A stretch of 64,000 bases of DNA from an uncultured virus (IMG/VR IMGVR_UViG_3300025000_000004) (lineage: Duplodnaviria; Heunggongvirae; Uroviricota; Caudoviricetes; Crassvirales): IMG/VR virus record IMGVR_UViG_3300025000_000004, one strand, 5' to 3'. A program made the translations under genes and the position numbers. The first letter of the stretch is position 1. Each line of letters opens with the position of its first letter. Shown piece after piece: positions 1-10,417 of this stretch. The notes beneath the pieces are model-generated. The model did no database searches and was not told where the DNA came from. It saw only the letters and a program-made list of their open reading frames with translations.

Positions 1-10
1 ACGTCAGGGT

Positions 11-769
11 ATGATTGACAATCGTGAGACACTTGGTGGTGTGGAACGCTCTGTAACTCAGTCATCTCATATTACCGAGAAATGGTTTATGATGCATGAT
101 AATACTAAACTGCGTGTGATTGAAACTTTCCTTGAGACTGCGAAATATGCTTGGAGAAATAAAGATAACGAAAAGCTTCAGTATATATCAGATGAAATGT
201 CATCTGTCATAACAGAACTTGATGGAGGACTTTTCAACGAAGCCGATTATGGTATCATGATCAGTAACTCAACCAATGATGCTGAACTTATACAGGCAAT
301 GAAGCAACTTGCTCAGGCAGGTCTTCAGAATGATAAGATCAATTTCAGTGGTCTGATGGATATATACTTATCTGAATCAATGAGTTCTATGAGACGTAAA
401 ATTGAACAGTATGAGGAAGAAGCTCTACAAAGACAGGAACAGCAGATGCAAGCTCAGAATGATGCTGTTCGTGAGGCTGCTCAAATTGAGGCTCAGGATA
501 ATGAAGCTGAACGTGAGCAGAGATATCAAGAGAAAATACTTGATGCTGAGACGAAAATAACAGTTGCAAACATAAATGCTGCAGCTGGTCAGCAGGGTGA
601 AGGAGATAATGGTGAGTCGAGCAAAATAATGTTAGACAAGCTAAAGCAGGATTGGAATAAGTTTGAAAAGGAACTTAAACTGAAGGATAAGGAACTGAAA
701 GAAAAAGAACGTCATAACAGACGAACAGAACAGATAGCAAATAAAAAAGCTATACCAAATAAAAAATAA
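11..769 (+). CDS. Portal protein, C-terminal part (gene begins upstream of window)
   Basis: Frame is open from the window start; Gln/Glu/Lys-rich coiled-coil C-terminus; lies directly before the scaffold-like and MCP genes as in crAss-like phages (synteny inference). Confidence 0.7.
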   Translation: MIDNRETLGGVERSVTQSSHITEKWFMMHDNTKLRVIETFLETAKYAWRNKDNEKLQYISDEMSSVITELDGGLFNEADYGIMISNSTNDAELIQAMKQLAQAGLQNDKINFSGLMDIYLSESMSSMRRKIEQYEEEALQRQEQQMQAQNDAVREAAQIEAQDNEAEREQRYQEKILDAETKITVANINAAAGQQGEGDNGESSKIMLDKLKQDWNKFEKELKLKDKELKEKERHNRRTEQIANKKAIPNKK

Positions 770-779
770 CATCTAATAA

Positions 780-811
780 TTTGTATTAGAATTTTTCTAA
801 GTATATTTTTG
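780..811 (+). promoter_or_regulatory. Bacteroidota sigma-A type promoter (-33 TTTG / -7 TAnnTTTG) for capsid genes
   Basis: TTTG(780-783)-N20-TATTTTTG(804-811), intergenic upstream of 836. Confidence 0.65.
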
Positions 812-835
812 TAAACATTAAAGGAGAAGAAACAA

Positions 836-2089
836 ATGGCAAACGAAAAGAGAGACGAACTTTTCGGTATCAATCTCGGTGAAGGGATGATTGAGATACC
901 GGATAAAGACGAAACTCCTGTATCAGGTAAGGGAGAAACGGGAAAAGAAACAAAGAAAGAACCTGAAAAGATTGATGACAATGTTCTTTTAAATGACGAT
1001 GGATCTTTCGAGATCAACGAATTTAAAGAAACAAAAGAAAAAGATAAAGCTTCGGACGAAGAGGAAGAAGCAGCGATCATTGAAAAAGCTGAAGTTAAGA
1101 AAGGTAAGACTCCCTCCGACGGTGGTTCGAGCGACTCTTCTCCTTCTTCTTCACCATATTTAGCCTTCGCAAAGGACAGAGCCAGTGAGGGGGTCTTACT
1201 TGACTTTAGCGACGAAGACTGGCAGGAATTGGTGGAGAGAAATGACGGAGACGAAGCTCAGGCTCTTCGAGAATTACATCAACTGTCTGTATCTCAAATG
1301 ATAAAGACAGGTGTTGAAAGGTTCAAAGAGTCGCTTACACCTGAAGAAAAGCTTCTTTATGAAGCTAAGGAAAAAGGTCTTCCTGTTGATAAATATTCAA
1401 TTGCAAAACGAAATCAGAGTAAATATGAAAAGATTACTCCTGATCAGTTAAAAGAGAATGTGAATCTGCAAGAAGAAGTGGTTACCAAGTTTCTTGAATT
1501 AAGAGGTTATTCTTCTGAAGAAATAAAAGAAGAAATCGAAGGATACAAGGCACTTGACAATCTTGGAGTTAAAGCAGCGAAAGCTCTTGAAGTCGTTCCC
1601 AAAGCCTACGAAAAGCAGGTAAAGGAGATGGAGACAGAAGCAGTAGCTGCAGATCAGGCTGCAAAGGATAAGATCAGACAGCGTGTTGCAAAGATGAAAT
1701 CTTTGGTTGAAAACACTCCTGAAATTATTCCCGGCATTAAACTGACAAAACCGATAAGAGAGAAAATCATGGAGTCAATGACAGTCCCTGTAGCACAGGA
1801 TAAACAAGGTAATCCGCTTAATCCTGTAATGGCAACGAGGATGAAAAATCCAGAAGGTTTCGAGATGCTGATACATTACTACCATCAGCTCGGACTGTTC
1901 AATATTGACGATAGCGGAAAGATTACTCCCGACTTCAGTAAGATTTCAAAGATCGAAAAAACAAAAGCGGTTGACTCTATGAGGAGTGCGTTTGAAAGTA
2001 AAGAGAACACATCTACAAGCAGAGCAGCAAAACCGAAAACAGAAGATGACGATTTGGATGCATTTGAAAAAGCGTTCAGAAGATTATAA
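836..2089 (+). CDS. Acidic capsid scaffolding/assembly-like protein
   Basis: 417 aa, very Glu/Asp/Lys-rich with a low-complexity N-terminus; between portal and MCP; AAGGAGAAGAAA upstream. Confidence 0.6.
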   Translation: MANEKRDELFGINLGEGMIEIPDKDETPVSGKGETGKETKKEPEKIDDNVLLNDDGSFEINEFKETKEKDKASDEEEEAAIIEKAEVKKGKTPSDGGSSDSSPSSSPYLAFAKDRASEGVLLDFSDEDWQELVERNDGDEAQALRELHQLSVSQMIKTGVERFKESLTPEEKLLYEAKEKGLPVDKYSIAKRNQSKYEKITPDQLKENVNLQEEVVTKFLELRGYSSEEIKEEIEGYKALDNLGVKAAKALEVVPKAYEKQVKEMETEAVAADQAAKDKIRQRVAKMKSLVENTPEIIPGIKLTKPIREKIMESMTVPVAQDKQGNPLNPVMATRMKNPEGFEMLIHYYHQLGLFNIDDSGKITPDFSKISKIEKTKAVDSMRSAFESKENTSTSRAAKPKTEDDDLDAFEKAFRRL

Positions 2090-2127
2090 TAAACAAATAT
2101 TAACAACCCTTTTAAAATGGTTAAAAA

Positions 2128-3588
2128 ATGAGAATTTCACCTTTTCAACTTTATGAATCAGAGGACATAACAGGTCTGGTAACTAAGTCTCACTTAGGTT
2201 ACAGGTTTGGTATTGAACCTCAACAAGCGTCTAAAGTTGCTACTATGATTCATCAGGCGAATCTTGGTGCAACTGTCAACGCATATCTTAATCAATTTCC
2301 TACAGTAACATTCCAGACTGATGATGATTTCACATGGGATATTACAACTAATGGAAAGAAAAACATTCCTCTTGCAAGAGCAGAGGTAACTCTTGGTACA
2401 GCACTTACTGCAGCAGATAAGGCTGGACATAACTACTCAGAATTCTATCTGTATTTCTGGGAAGCTTACTTCACAGACGTTAACCTTATCGTAGGTGAAC
2501 GTAATGAAGTGTATCCTATTCAGGTACTTGAAGATCCTGTAAACGTTGGTGGTCTGTGGAGATACAGAGTACGCCTGCTTACAGGTAACCCGAACCTCTT
2601 CGTTCCGTTTGAAGAACTGGCTGCTGGAAAACGTTTCAGCAAGGACTTCTCACCAGTTGAGAAAGAACTGTCAGTTAAAGGTGGTGGTGTACATTACACG
2701 TTCCCTTACAAAATGATGAATGCATTTACGATGATTCGTATGCAGGATACCATTCCGGGGAATATGATTGAAAGACCTGTTAAATTCTCTTGGATTGATC
2801 CTCAGAGCAAGAAACTCATGACAACATGGATGGACTACCGTTCATATGAGCTTGAAATGCAGTATCAGGACGAGATCAACCACATGCTCGTATACGCTAC
2901 ATCAAATAAAACTGATGATGGTAAATATGTACAGCGTGGTAAATCAGGTAGAGTGATCCAGATGGGTGCTGGTATTAAGCAACAGATGGAAGCTGCAAAC
3001 TATAACACTTATAACGTATTCGATATCAAGAAATTCACTGAAATGCTTCTTGACATGACAGTAGGTAAAGTCGTTATGGGACAACGTGAAGTAACAGTTC
3101 TTACGGGTGAATGGGGAATGTATCAATTCCATGAGGCTCTTGAAAGCTACTCAACCCTTTACACTCCTGCACGTGACACCTTCAGAATCTACAATAAAGG
3201 TAACACTATGGGATTCAGGGGTCAATTCCTTGAGTATATCGGACCTAACGGTATCAAGGTTAACATCGTTCATGATGCTCTGAAAGATGATTTCGCACGT
3301 AACAAAATTTATTATCCCGGAAAACAGGGTCTTGCTGAATCTTATGTATATGACATTCTGAACATGGGTACTTCTGATGGAAGACCTAACGTACAGAAAG
3401 TACAACTTGCTAAGTTCGGTGACATTCGTGGTTACGAACCCGGTCTGCGTGATCCTTTCACAATTGGTCAGGTAAACAGAATCATGGCTAATCCTAAAGA
3501 TGCATGGACAGAGCACAGAGCCTACACAGGTGGAGCTATTGTTTATGATCCTACAAGGACAGCAACATATAAACCGATTATACTTTAA
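2128..3588 (+). CDS. Major capsid protein (crAss-like)
   Basis: 486 aa, codon bias typical of a highly expressed gene; size, position and motifs (GKSGRVIQMGAGIKQQ, FLEYIGPNGIKV, GLRDPF) resemble crAss-like MCPs. Confidence 0.85.
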   Translation: MRISPFQLYESEDITGLVTKSHLGYRFGIEPQQASKVATMIHQANLGATVNAYLNQFPTVTFQTDDDFTWDITTNGKKNIPLARAEVTLGTALTAADKAGHNYSEFYLYFWEAYFTDVNLIVGERNEVYPIQVLEDPVNVGGLWRYRVRLLTGNPNLFVPFEELAAGKRFSKDFSPVEKELSVKGGGVHYTFPYKMMNAFTMIRMQDTIPGNMIERPVKFSWIDPQSKKLMTTWMDYRSYELEMQYQDEINHMLVYATSNKTDDGKYVQRGKSGRVIQMGAGIKQQMEAANYNTYNVFDIKKFTEMLLDMTVGKVVMGQREVTVLTGEWGMYQFHEALESYSTLYTPARDTFRIYNKGNTMGFRGQFLEYIGPNGIKVNIVHDALKDDFARNKIYYPGKQGLAESYVYDILNMGTSDGRPNVQKVQLAKFGDIRGYEPGLRDPFTIGQVNRIMANPKDAWTEHRAYTGGAIVYDPTRTATYKPIIL

Positions 3589-3614
3589 TCATTTAAAAAT
3601 AAGGAGAAGAAAAA

Positions 3615-4565
3615 ATGGCTAAAATAAAAGAAGAAGAAATGATTGAAAAGGGTAAGACGGAAACAGCTAATACAGCATTTCGCTTACCAATAACTAAAGT
3701 CCACGTGAAGCCTATACTCCGTAAAGGAGTATGGCTTCCTGAGGGACACTCAGGGCACTTCATGTACGACAATACGAGTATTATTGTACAAGTTCCGATT
3801 GACAAGTTCACAGGAAGACTGAAGAACCCTTTGACAAAAGATGAACAAACGTTCTTTGAAACAAGTGCTGGTCTTGATCTTAAATCCGGAGATCTGAATC
3901 CTTATAAGAAAGATGATAATTTCTGGACTGATTTCAGGGTAAGAATCAGGAAAAGTGATAGTATCGTAAGTGACAAAACAGTTCTTATGACTCTCGATCT
4001 TAGTGACCCGATACAGTATCTGCAATATAAAGTGTTGTTACTCAACGCTACTCCTGAGGGAGGTATTGTAGCACCAAGTTGGGAGACAAGAGAAGATAGC
4101 GGAACTTATAAAGTTGCTCTGGTTCATGAAGGTCAGCAACATGCAGATAAGGTTAAAAAGGCAGACAAGATGAAACTTGCTTATAAATATGTAGGTAAGA
4201 TTGACTCCTCAGAAGAAGCGATGTACGACTTCCTGACAGTCTACTATCTTGAGAATGCTAAGAGTAAGCGTCCATCTGTTGATTCAGGAAAGGATTTCTA
4301 CTATTCAGAAATTCAGGATCTTATAGATAATGACCTTGATGGTGTTGTTGAAATCATTGAAGATTCAGACAATTACGAATATAAACTGCTTGTTCATAGA
4401 GGTTTAAAGATCGGTGCTTTAAAAATGGTTGGTGGTAACAAACTTGAGACTATTGACGGAATTCCAATTGGTAACAGCCTTTATCAGGCAATACAATGGT
4501 TCAAAGACGATAGACATCAGGATGAATATTTAAGACTGAAAAATCAGATTGAGCTTGCTAAATAA
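3615..4565 (+). CDS. Conserved crAss-like protein downstream of MCP
   Basis: 316 aa with LDLSDPIQYLQYKVL motif; post-MCP position. Confidence 0.6.
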   Translation: MAKIKEEEMIEKGKTETANTAFRLPITKVHVKPILRKGVWLPEGHSGHFMYDNTSIIVQVPIDKFTGRLKNPLTKDEQTFFETSAGLDLKSGDLNPYKKDDNFWTDFRVRIRKSDSIVSDKTVLMTLDLSDPIQYLQYKVLLLNATPEGGIVAPSWETREDSGTYKVALVHEGQQHADKVKKADKMKLAYKYVGKIDSSEEAMYDFLTVYYLENAKSKRPSVDSGKDFYYSEIQDLIDNDLDGVVEIIEDSDNYEYKLLVHRGLKIGALKMVGGNKLETIDGIPIGNSLYQAIQWFKDDRHQDEYLRLKNQIELAK

Positions 4566-5314
4566 TGACAGCACAACAAATGAAATACGAGTTCGACGTT
4601 GGTTATGATCGCATAACCAACTTCGACGCTCCCGGATATAATGAGAAAGAAATTTCTACCTTCCTTACTAAGGCTCAGGAACAATTAGTTCTTGAGCTTT
4701 ACAGGGGTGGAAATCATTATAAAGAGGACTTCAAGAAGAGTCTTAATATGCTGAAGGAAGTTCAGAGTATTATAATCTTTGCAGCAGGTCCTTATCCTAT
4801 GTCATTTGTAGGCGATCTTTCTGCAAATGTTCTTGTAGTTCATAATGAAGTAGCTGAATTAACAACAAATGCTTCTCATGAATATTCTTCAGGAACATTT
4901 ACTAATGTTCAGGTAAAACCAATAGATGATGACTTTTATCATCTTAATAAAAAGAATCCTTTTAAAAAACCATCAGTAAAGAACGATCTGATCTGGAGAC
5001 TTGATTACCACACTACTACAACAAAACAACACGTTTATGTGATAGAAGAGAATTCTACTCTTACAAGAGTCAGAGTTCATTATTACAAAAAACCTTCTCC
5101 TATCATAATTGCTTGGGCAAATTATGTAGTTGGAGACGGAAGCATAGACGGAATAAACTGGTCAACGTATACGGCATCCAGTTTGGATTGTACACTTGAT
5201 CCAATTACCCACAGGGATATAGTGGATAGAGCAATAACGCTTGCATATGCAGCGATACAAGACGATAAAGGTTATCAGATCAATGCCGCACAAGAACAAC
5301 AAAAGAAACAGTAA
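4565..5314 (+). CDS. Head-tail connector/ring protein
   Basis: 249 aa; MTAQQMKYEFDVGYD..EISTFLTKAQ, YYKKPSPII, LDPITHRDIVDRAI resemble crAss ring proteins; coupled to the upstream gene (TAATG). Confidence 0.65.
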   Translation: MTAQQMKYEFDVGYDRITNFDAPGYNEKEISTFLTKAQEQLVLELYRGGNHYKEDFKKSLNMLKEVQSIIIFAAGPYPMSFVGDLSANVLVVHNEVAELTTNASHEYSSGTFTNVQVKPIDDDFYHLNKKNPFKKPSVKNDLIWRLDYHTTTTKQHVYVIEENSTLTRVRVHYYKKPSPIIIAWANYVVGDGSIDGINWSTYTASSLDCTLDPITHRDIVDRAITLAYAAIQDDKGYQINAAQEQQKKQ

Positions 5315-5331
5315 TTTTAATTTAATAGAAA

Positions 5332-5967
5332 ATGAAATCAAGAAAACTCACAAAAGATAATCACACTACAGGTCTGAATTCCGGAGCTGATGCAGTGATT
5401 GTTCGTGGAAAACATTTTAATGATCTGCTTGATGATTTTAATGCTCATATACCAGTTGATGGTGCAGGTAGATTTGAATATATTCTTCCTTATGAAGAGG
5501 ATGGAACTGTTCAGATAGTAGGTCAGGCACAAGATTTTGATTATGCTGCTGCTGATACTCTTACAGCATCAGAAAGCGGAAAGACAATCTGGATACAGGG
5601 TGATAACTCTTCATCAGCAATTGTTCTTCCTCCTGCCGTTCACGGACTTAATTTCAAGTTCAAATGGGCAGCTAATAACACAAATACTATTACAATCACT
5701 ACAGCTGATACAACTGATACAACAGGTGATATGTTCAGAGGAGGTCTTCTGGTCTTTTCAACAACCAACCTAAGTGTATTTATAGAAGCAACAGGTGATG
5801 TCAATAGAATGACATTCGACGATAATCTTGCAAACTCTGCATCAGGTGCAGGTAGCTGGGTTGAAGTAGCTTGTGCTGACGACGGTATATGGATTGTTAC
5901 CGGAGTAATGAACGGTGGAACAGACGTTGACGGAAACGGTTCTGCAATCTTCTCAGATGTAGACTAA
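5332..5967 (+). CDS. Putative virion (capsid decoration-like) protein
   Basis: 211 aa beta-rich ORF in the structural operon. Confidence 0.45.
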   Translation: MKSRKLTKDNHTTGLNSGADAVIVRGKHFNDLLDDFNAHIPVDGAGRFEYILPYEEDGTVQIVGQAQDFDYAAADTLTASESGKTIWIQGDNSSSAIVLPPAVHGLNFKFKWAANNTNTITITTADTTDTTGDMFRGGLLVFSTTNLSVFIEATGDVNRMTFDDNLANSASGAGSWVEVACADDGIWIVTGVMNGGTDVDGNGSAIFSDVD

Positions 5968-5999
5968 TAATGAATTTTAAATTTAATATATAATAAAAA

Positions 6000-7322
6000 A
6001 TGGAAACAACAAAAAATGTAACTCAACTTTTCGTTGCAAAAAACATCGCAAAAACTGCAACTGCAAACCTTGTCATTGATGAAGTGACAGACATTGCAGA
6101 TGGCGAAGTTTGCGTTGTCGATCCAAGGAATAACCTCCAACTGACAACCGCAGGATATCCTGTAGGATTTGATAGTTTCAGGATTTGCCAAAGAAGTGGA
6201 GCAAGACTTATCTTTTCTGACATAGTGAAAGCTGGTACAGTAAAGAGGTTTAGCATCTCTCTTCCTGCAAATAACCTTGCAACTGAACAGATTGATATGG
6301 TTGGTTTCAATGGAACATCTGGTTCAATTGATATCTTTGCTGACAATATCTATACTGTTAGATTGTATATGCTTGAACCGACAATCAGTGGTTTCATGCA
6401 ACAGAAAATTAAAGAAGGCTACTATAAGTCAGGCATTGCTCCTACTCAGTATGACATCGCTAATGGTCTTACAATGAGCCTTATCAAAAATTTCAGCCGT
6501 GAACCGCAAAGAACCAACAGATTTGAAACTGTTTGCGGTGCTGCTGCTACTGCTACTTCCGGTGGTGCAGTCACACTATTTTATGGATCAAATACCATAA
6601 CAGTTCCTGAATCTGCTGGTGGTGCTGCTGATGCAGGTCTTTATAATGCTGATGCAGGTACTCTTGTTGCAGGTGACTTCTTAAGAGTTGGATCTGTTGC
6701 TGTTCTTAGTGCTCCTGTTTACAGAATTGTATCTATTACAGGTGCTGGAACTGCTCTTGCAACTATCGTTCTTGATCGTCCTTTCCAAGGTTCATCAGGT
6801 GCTGTTGCCGCTGCTAACGTAGGTGCTATCACATCAGCTGCAGGTCTTGCTGCTGATTGGGGTCTTAGCATTTCAGGATTTCCTTCAGCTTATGATGGTA
6901 AATTCTTTGGAATGCCTGTTACTTGGGTAACTTCTGTTGATTTCAATGATCTTCAGACAACAACTGTAACTCAACTTTCAGCTGCATCTCCCGGAACTGG
7001 AAACTATGACGTTCTTGCAAGACTTGAAAAAGAACTGCAGGCTGACGAATATGTTTACAGAAGCTTTATTGAAGGTGCTCCTGTTGATCGTGCAGACGTT
7101 CTTACTACAACAACTTATGACGTAGTTGTAGTTGAATATGACGGTATCATCGAGTCAGGTCTTGGAACTCAGGTTCGCTCACCGAAAACTCTGATAATCG
7201 TACAAGCTGGAAACGGTGGTCAGGCAGACGTAGCTGCTATTGGTTGGCTCACACTTCTGAATAACATCATTGTTACTCAATGGGTAACTCCGGGTGCTGC
7301 TGCTCTCGTACCGACAGCTTAA
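6000..7322 (+). CDS. Putative auxiliary capsid/structural protein
   Basis: 440 aa, Ala/Gly/Thr-rich, strong codon bias, followed by a terminator. Confidence 0.55.
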   Translation: METTKNVTQLFVAKNIAKTATANLVIDEVTDIADGEVCVVDPRNNLQLTTAGYPVGFDSFRICQRSGARLIFSDIVKAGTVKRFSISLPANNLATEQIDMVGFNGTSGSIDIFADNIYTVRLYMLEPTISGFMQQKIKEGYYKSGIAPTQYDIANGLTMSLIKNFSREPQRTNRFETVCGAAATATSGGAVTLFYGSNTITVPESAGGAADAGLYNADAGTLVAGDFLRVGSVAVLSAPVYRIVSITGAGTALATIVLDRPFQGSSGAVAAANVGAITSAAGLAADWGLSISGFPSAYDGKFFGMPVTWVTSVDFNDLQTTTVTQLSAASPGTGNYDVLARLEKELQADEYVYRSFIEGAPVDRADVLTTTTYDVVVVEYDGIIESGLGTQVRSPKTLIIVQAGNGGQADVAAIGWLTLLNNIIVTQWVTPGAAALVPTA

Positions 7323-7345
7323 TATCGGTCTTTTACATATATCTT

Positions 7346-7382
7346 GGGAAGGGGAGAATCACTCCCCTCCCTTGATATTTTT
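7346..7382 (+). terminator. Intrinsic terminator after capsid genes
   Basis: GGGA-AGGGGAG..CTCCCCT-CCC hairpin followed by a T-rich tract. Confidence 0.65.
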
Positions 7383-7409
7383 ATAACCTCTATAATATAC
7401 TGATAAGAA

Positions 7410-7811
7410 ATGGATTATACAGAACTGTACGATTATGTAAAAGAATTAAAAGATGATATTAAAGACGTTAAAGCAGACATAAAAGATGTTAAAGAAGACG
7501 TTAAGGGTGTTAAACTTGATGTTAAAAACACCTATGATGAAGTAAAGAAAACAAATGGTCGTTTAAGAGAAGCAGAAGGAGAGATAATTCGTATCGACGG
7601 TATATTAGAAGCTCGTGCTATAACTTGTGGAGAACAATTAAAGAACTTAACTCCTGTTATACCAACGATGAAATTCCTTAATTGGGTTTCTCATAATCCT
7701 AAATTATTTCTTTTTGTTTTTATAGGCGTTATCTTAGGATTAGAAGTACTTGTACAAGAAGCCGTTAAGAATGAATGGATAGGTCAATTACTAAGTTTTG
7801 TTAAACCTTAA
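7410..7811 (+). CDS. Coiled-coil membrane protein, candidate holin/lysis accessory
   Basis: Heptad D[IV]K repeats and one C-terminal TM helix; directly upstream of the endolysin. Confidence 0.45.
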   Translation: MDYTELYDYVKELKDDIKDVKADIKDVKEDVKGVKLDVKNTYDEVKKTNGRLREAEGEIIRIDGILEARAITCGEQLKNLTPVIPTMKFLNWVSHNPKLFLFVFIGVILGLEVLVQEAVKNEWIGQLLSFVKP

Positions 7812-7816
7812 TTGAG

Positions 7817-8305
7817 ATGAGTCATACTTTTGGTGCTAATTCGATGAAGCAACATGAAACCCTTCATAACGATCTACAGCTTATTCTTGATCATACGATC
7901 TTAAAATGTGCTGTAGATTTTTCGTTAATAGAGGGATACAGACCACCAGAAAAGCAGTTTGAGTATTTTAAAAAGGGAAGAAAACAACAGCCTGATGGAT
8001 CATGGGTTGTAGTTAACAAGAAAGATGTAATCACAAATATAGACGGATATAAAGTAAAAGGGAAACATAATTATAATCCGTCCGTTGCTGTTGATATAGC
8101 TGTCTATGTACCTAATAAACCAAAATTAGCTTATGATCTTTCTCATCTTGCTTATATTGCAGGATGTATGATAACGATTGCAAATCAGTTATATGAAGAA
8201 GGAAAGATAAAACATAGGCTTCGTTGGGGAGGTGATTGGGACAGAGATGGTGATCTTACCGATAATATTCTTTTTGATGGTCCACATTTTGAGATTATTT
8301 CTTAA
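7817..8305 (+). CDS. Endolysin, peptidase M15 family (L-Ala-D-Glu peptidase-like)
   Basis: EGYR, KHNYNPSVAVD, RWGGDW and DGPHFE zinc-peptidase motifs. Confidence 0.85.
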   Translation: MSHTFGANSMKQHETLHNDLQLILDHTILKCAVDFSLIEGYRPPEKQFEYFKKGRKQQPDGSWVVVNKKDVITNIDGYKVKGKHNYNPSVAVDIAVYVPNKPKLAYDLSHLAYIAGCMITIANQLYEEGKIKHRLRWGGDWDRDGDLTDNILFDGPHFEIIS

Positions 8306-8355
8306 ATATTTATCAAAAAATGATTATATTTACAAAATTGAATTAAACTATCAAA

Positions 8356-8973
8356 ATGATACCTCTACCAGCAACACCAATAGGACAGACAAGAACTCCA
8401 AGTGTCCCTGAGAGATTGAAGTTATTCGATAAGATTATCGAAAACATTAATGATTTGTTTGCTGAAAGATGGGAAGATTTAAGATTTCCAGCAACTCAAT
8501 TAAAAGTAAATCCTGCTACTAACAGACCTGATTTTGATTTTACTGAAATAAGATATCTGTTTGATGCTACAAGTACTGAAACGTTGTACATGATAGCTCA
8601 GATGCCTCATGGATGGAAAGAAGGAAGTAATATAAGACCTCACGTTCATTGGCAACCTACAACTACAAATACAAATAACGTTTTATGGAGACTCGAATAT
8701 AAATGGACAAACATTAATGAAGTTGATACGGGTATTTGGATATCTCTGGATGTTCTTGATGCATCGACAGGGGTGGTAGGGACACATCAGATAGCTTCTT
8801 TTGGAGAAATTGATGGAACAAATAAAAGAGTCAGTTCAATACTAACTATGAAACTTTCGAGAATGGGAAATGAAGGATCAGATAATTATACAGCTGACAC
8901 TTTATTAAAAGAATTTGATATTCATTATCTTATTGATTCAAATGGAAGCTTAGAAGAATATATAAAAGAATAA
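8356..8973 (+). CDS. Hypothetical virion protein
   Basis: 205 aa ORF in the structural region. Confidence 0.45.
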   Translation: MIPLPATPIGQTRTPSVPERLKLFDKIIENINDLFAERWEDLRFPATQLKVNPATNRPDFDFTEIRYLFDATSTETLYMIAQMPHGWKEGSNIRPHVHWQPTTTNTNNVLWRLEYKWTNINEVDTGIWISLDVLDASTGVVGTHQIASFGEIDGTNKRVSSILTMKLSRMGNEGSDNYTADTLLKEFDIHYLIDSNGSLEEYIKE

Positions 8974-8977
8974 CGAA

Positions 8978-9733
8978 ATGGACCTTAATTTAAGTTTAAG
9001 ATATCAGGAACAGAACGATAATAAAGCAATTGTTCTTACTGATACTACAGATAATTTTGATGACCAAAGTTCTGCAACTACTACAACTATTGTAGCAGGA
9101 GACATGTATGAGATCGCTGTAGCAGGAACATATAATTATACAGTACTTGGAGCAGCAGATAATAACGTTGGAACTCGTTTCGTATCGAATGCCAATGCTA
9201 CAGTTAATCTCGGTGGTAGTGTATATGAGGTAACTGCTGCAATATCCGAGATCATTGGAGTAACACTTGCGGTAACAGTTACCGATAAAAATAACGTATC
9301 AACTTCAAAAGGTACTATAAATCTTCTTACTGAATTTGGTCCTTTTGTAGATCAGGGTGATATGGTTTATACAATAGATGCTGATTTACTTAGTGATCCT
9401 ATTGACTCTCTGCTTACTGACGGATTATATACTTTAGTATATACTATCACAAGTCAGATTGGTATAGGAGATGTAAGAACAGATACATTAAATGTAACTA
9501 TTCTTGTTTATGGTCAGGTCAAAGTTGCAGTATACGAAAAACTTCGTCAGATTCCTACTTACTATATGTGCAATGATGCACGTGCATTATCACGAATTTC
9601 AGAAGCAGACCTCTGTGGAGCATATCTTTCTGGAATAGAAAATTCAGCTTACATAGCAAAAACAGAAGAACTGTTGAATATGTTGGTTGAACTGGATAGT
9701 ATGGTTCTGAATGGAAGTAATATTACATGGTAG
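8978..9733 (+). CDS. Putative tail hub/structural protein
   Basis: 251 aa; DGLYTLVYTI beta-sandwich-like part plus helical C-terminus. Confidence 0.45.
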   Translation: MDLNLSLRYQEQNDNKAIVLTDTTDNFDDQSSATTTTIVAGDMYEIAVAGTYNYTVLGAADNNVGTRFVSNANATVNLGGSVYEVTAAISEIIGVTLAVTVTDKNNVSTSKGTINLLTEFGPFVDQGDMVYTIDADLLSDPIDSLLTDGLYTLVYTITSQIGIGDVRTDTLNVTILVYGQVKVAVYEKLRQIPTYYMCNDARALSRISEADLCGAYLSGIENSAYIAKTEELLNMLVELDSMVLNGSNITW

Positions 9734-9758
9734 TAAATAACAATTAATAAATAATATA

Positions 9759-10070
9759 ATGAAAATACCAAGATCTATTTTAGATATTAATAAACATCCA
9801 ATACCAATATTTCATTTATCAGGATCACAAGATGTTGATGGTACGGGTGCTTCAGCACAAAGTACAGCTATTGATGGTATATTAGTAAGGATAATTGCTA
9901 TTAGTGCTAATATTCGTGTTGCTATTGGATATAATCCTACAGCAATAGCTACAGATATACTCATTCTTCAAAATACTGAATTGTGGCTTCCTATTATAAA
10001 AGGTAGTAAAATTGCTGTCTTAGGTGGAACTGCTAACATTTCTATAGCAGGTGATAATTATAACGACTAA
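9759..10070 (+). CDS. Hypothetical small virion protein
   Basis: 103 aa beta-rich ORF. Confidence 0.45.
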   Translation: MKIPRSILDINKHPIPIFHLSGSQDVDGTGASAQSTAIDGILVRIIAISANIRVAIGYNPTAIATDILILQNTELWLPIIKGSKIAVLGGTANISIAGDNYND

Positions 10071-10081
10071 AATATAATAAA

Positions 10082-10417
10082 ATGGCACTTAGAAAACAAA
10101 CTAAAGCAGGTGATCAATCAGGAGTACTTTTTATTGAGTATATTCCAAAAGTTCCTTTTAATAAACTTTGTACAATAACAGAACATACAGTAATAACAGC
10201 TGATGTTATAACACCTGATACAAAAAATGCTCCTATTGCCGGTAACGGGGCAATTTACAGACTTATAGGTAATGGTACAGCTACTCCTACATTTACAGGA
10301 TTCAATAAAAGTTCAGGTAGTGGTAATTATGATCCTACAGCAGGAGTTGTCAATCTTGTAACGTTCCTGTATGATGGAGTAGATTATTGGTATAATATAG
10401 TTCAACCTGTTGTATAA
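10082..10417 (+). CDS. Hypothetical small tail-associated protein
   Basis: 111 aa; stop overlaps the next start. Confidence 0.45.
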   Translation: MALRKQTKAGDQSGVLFIEYIPKVPFNKLCTITEHTVITADVITPDTKNAPIAGNGAIYRLIGNGTATPTFTGFNKSSGSGNYDPTAGVVNLVTFLYDGVDYWYNIVQPVV

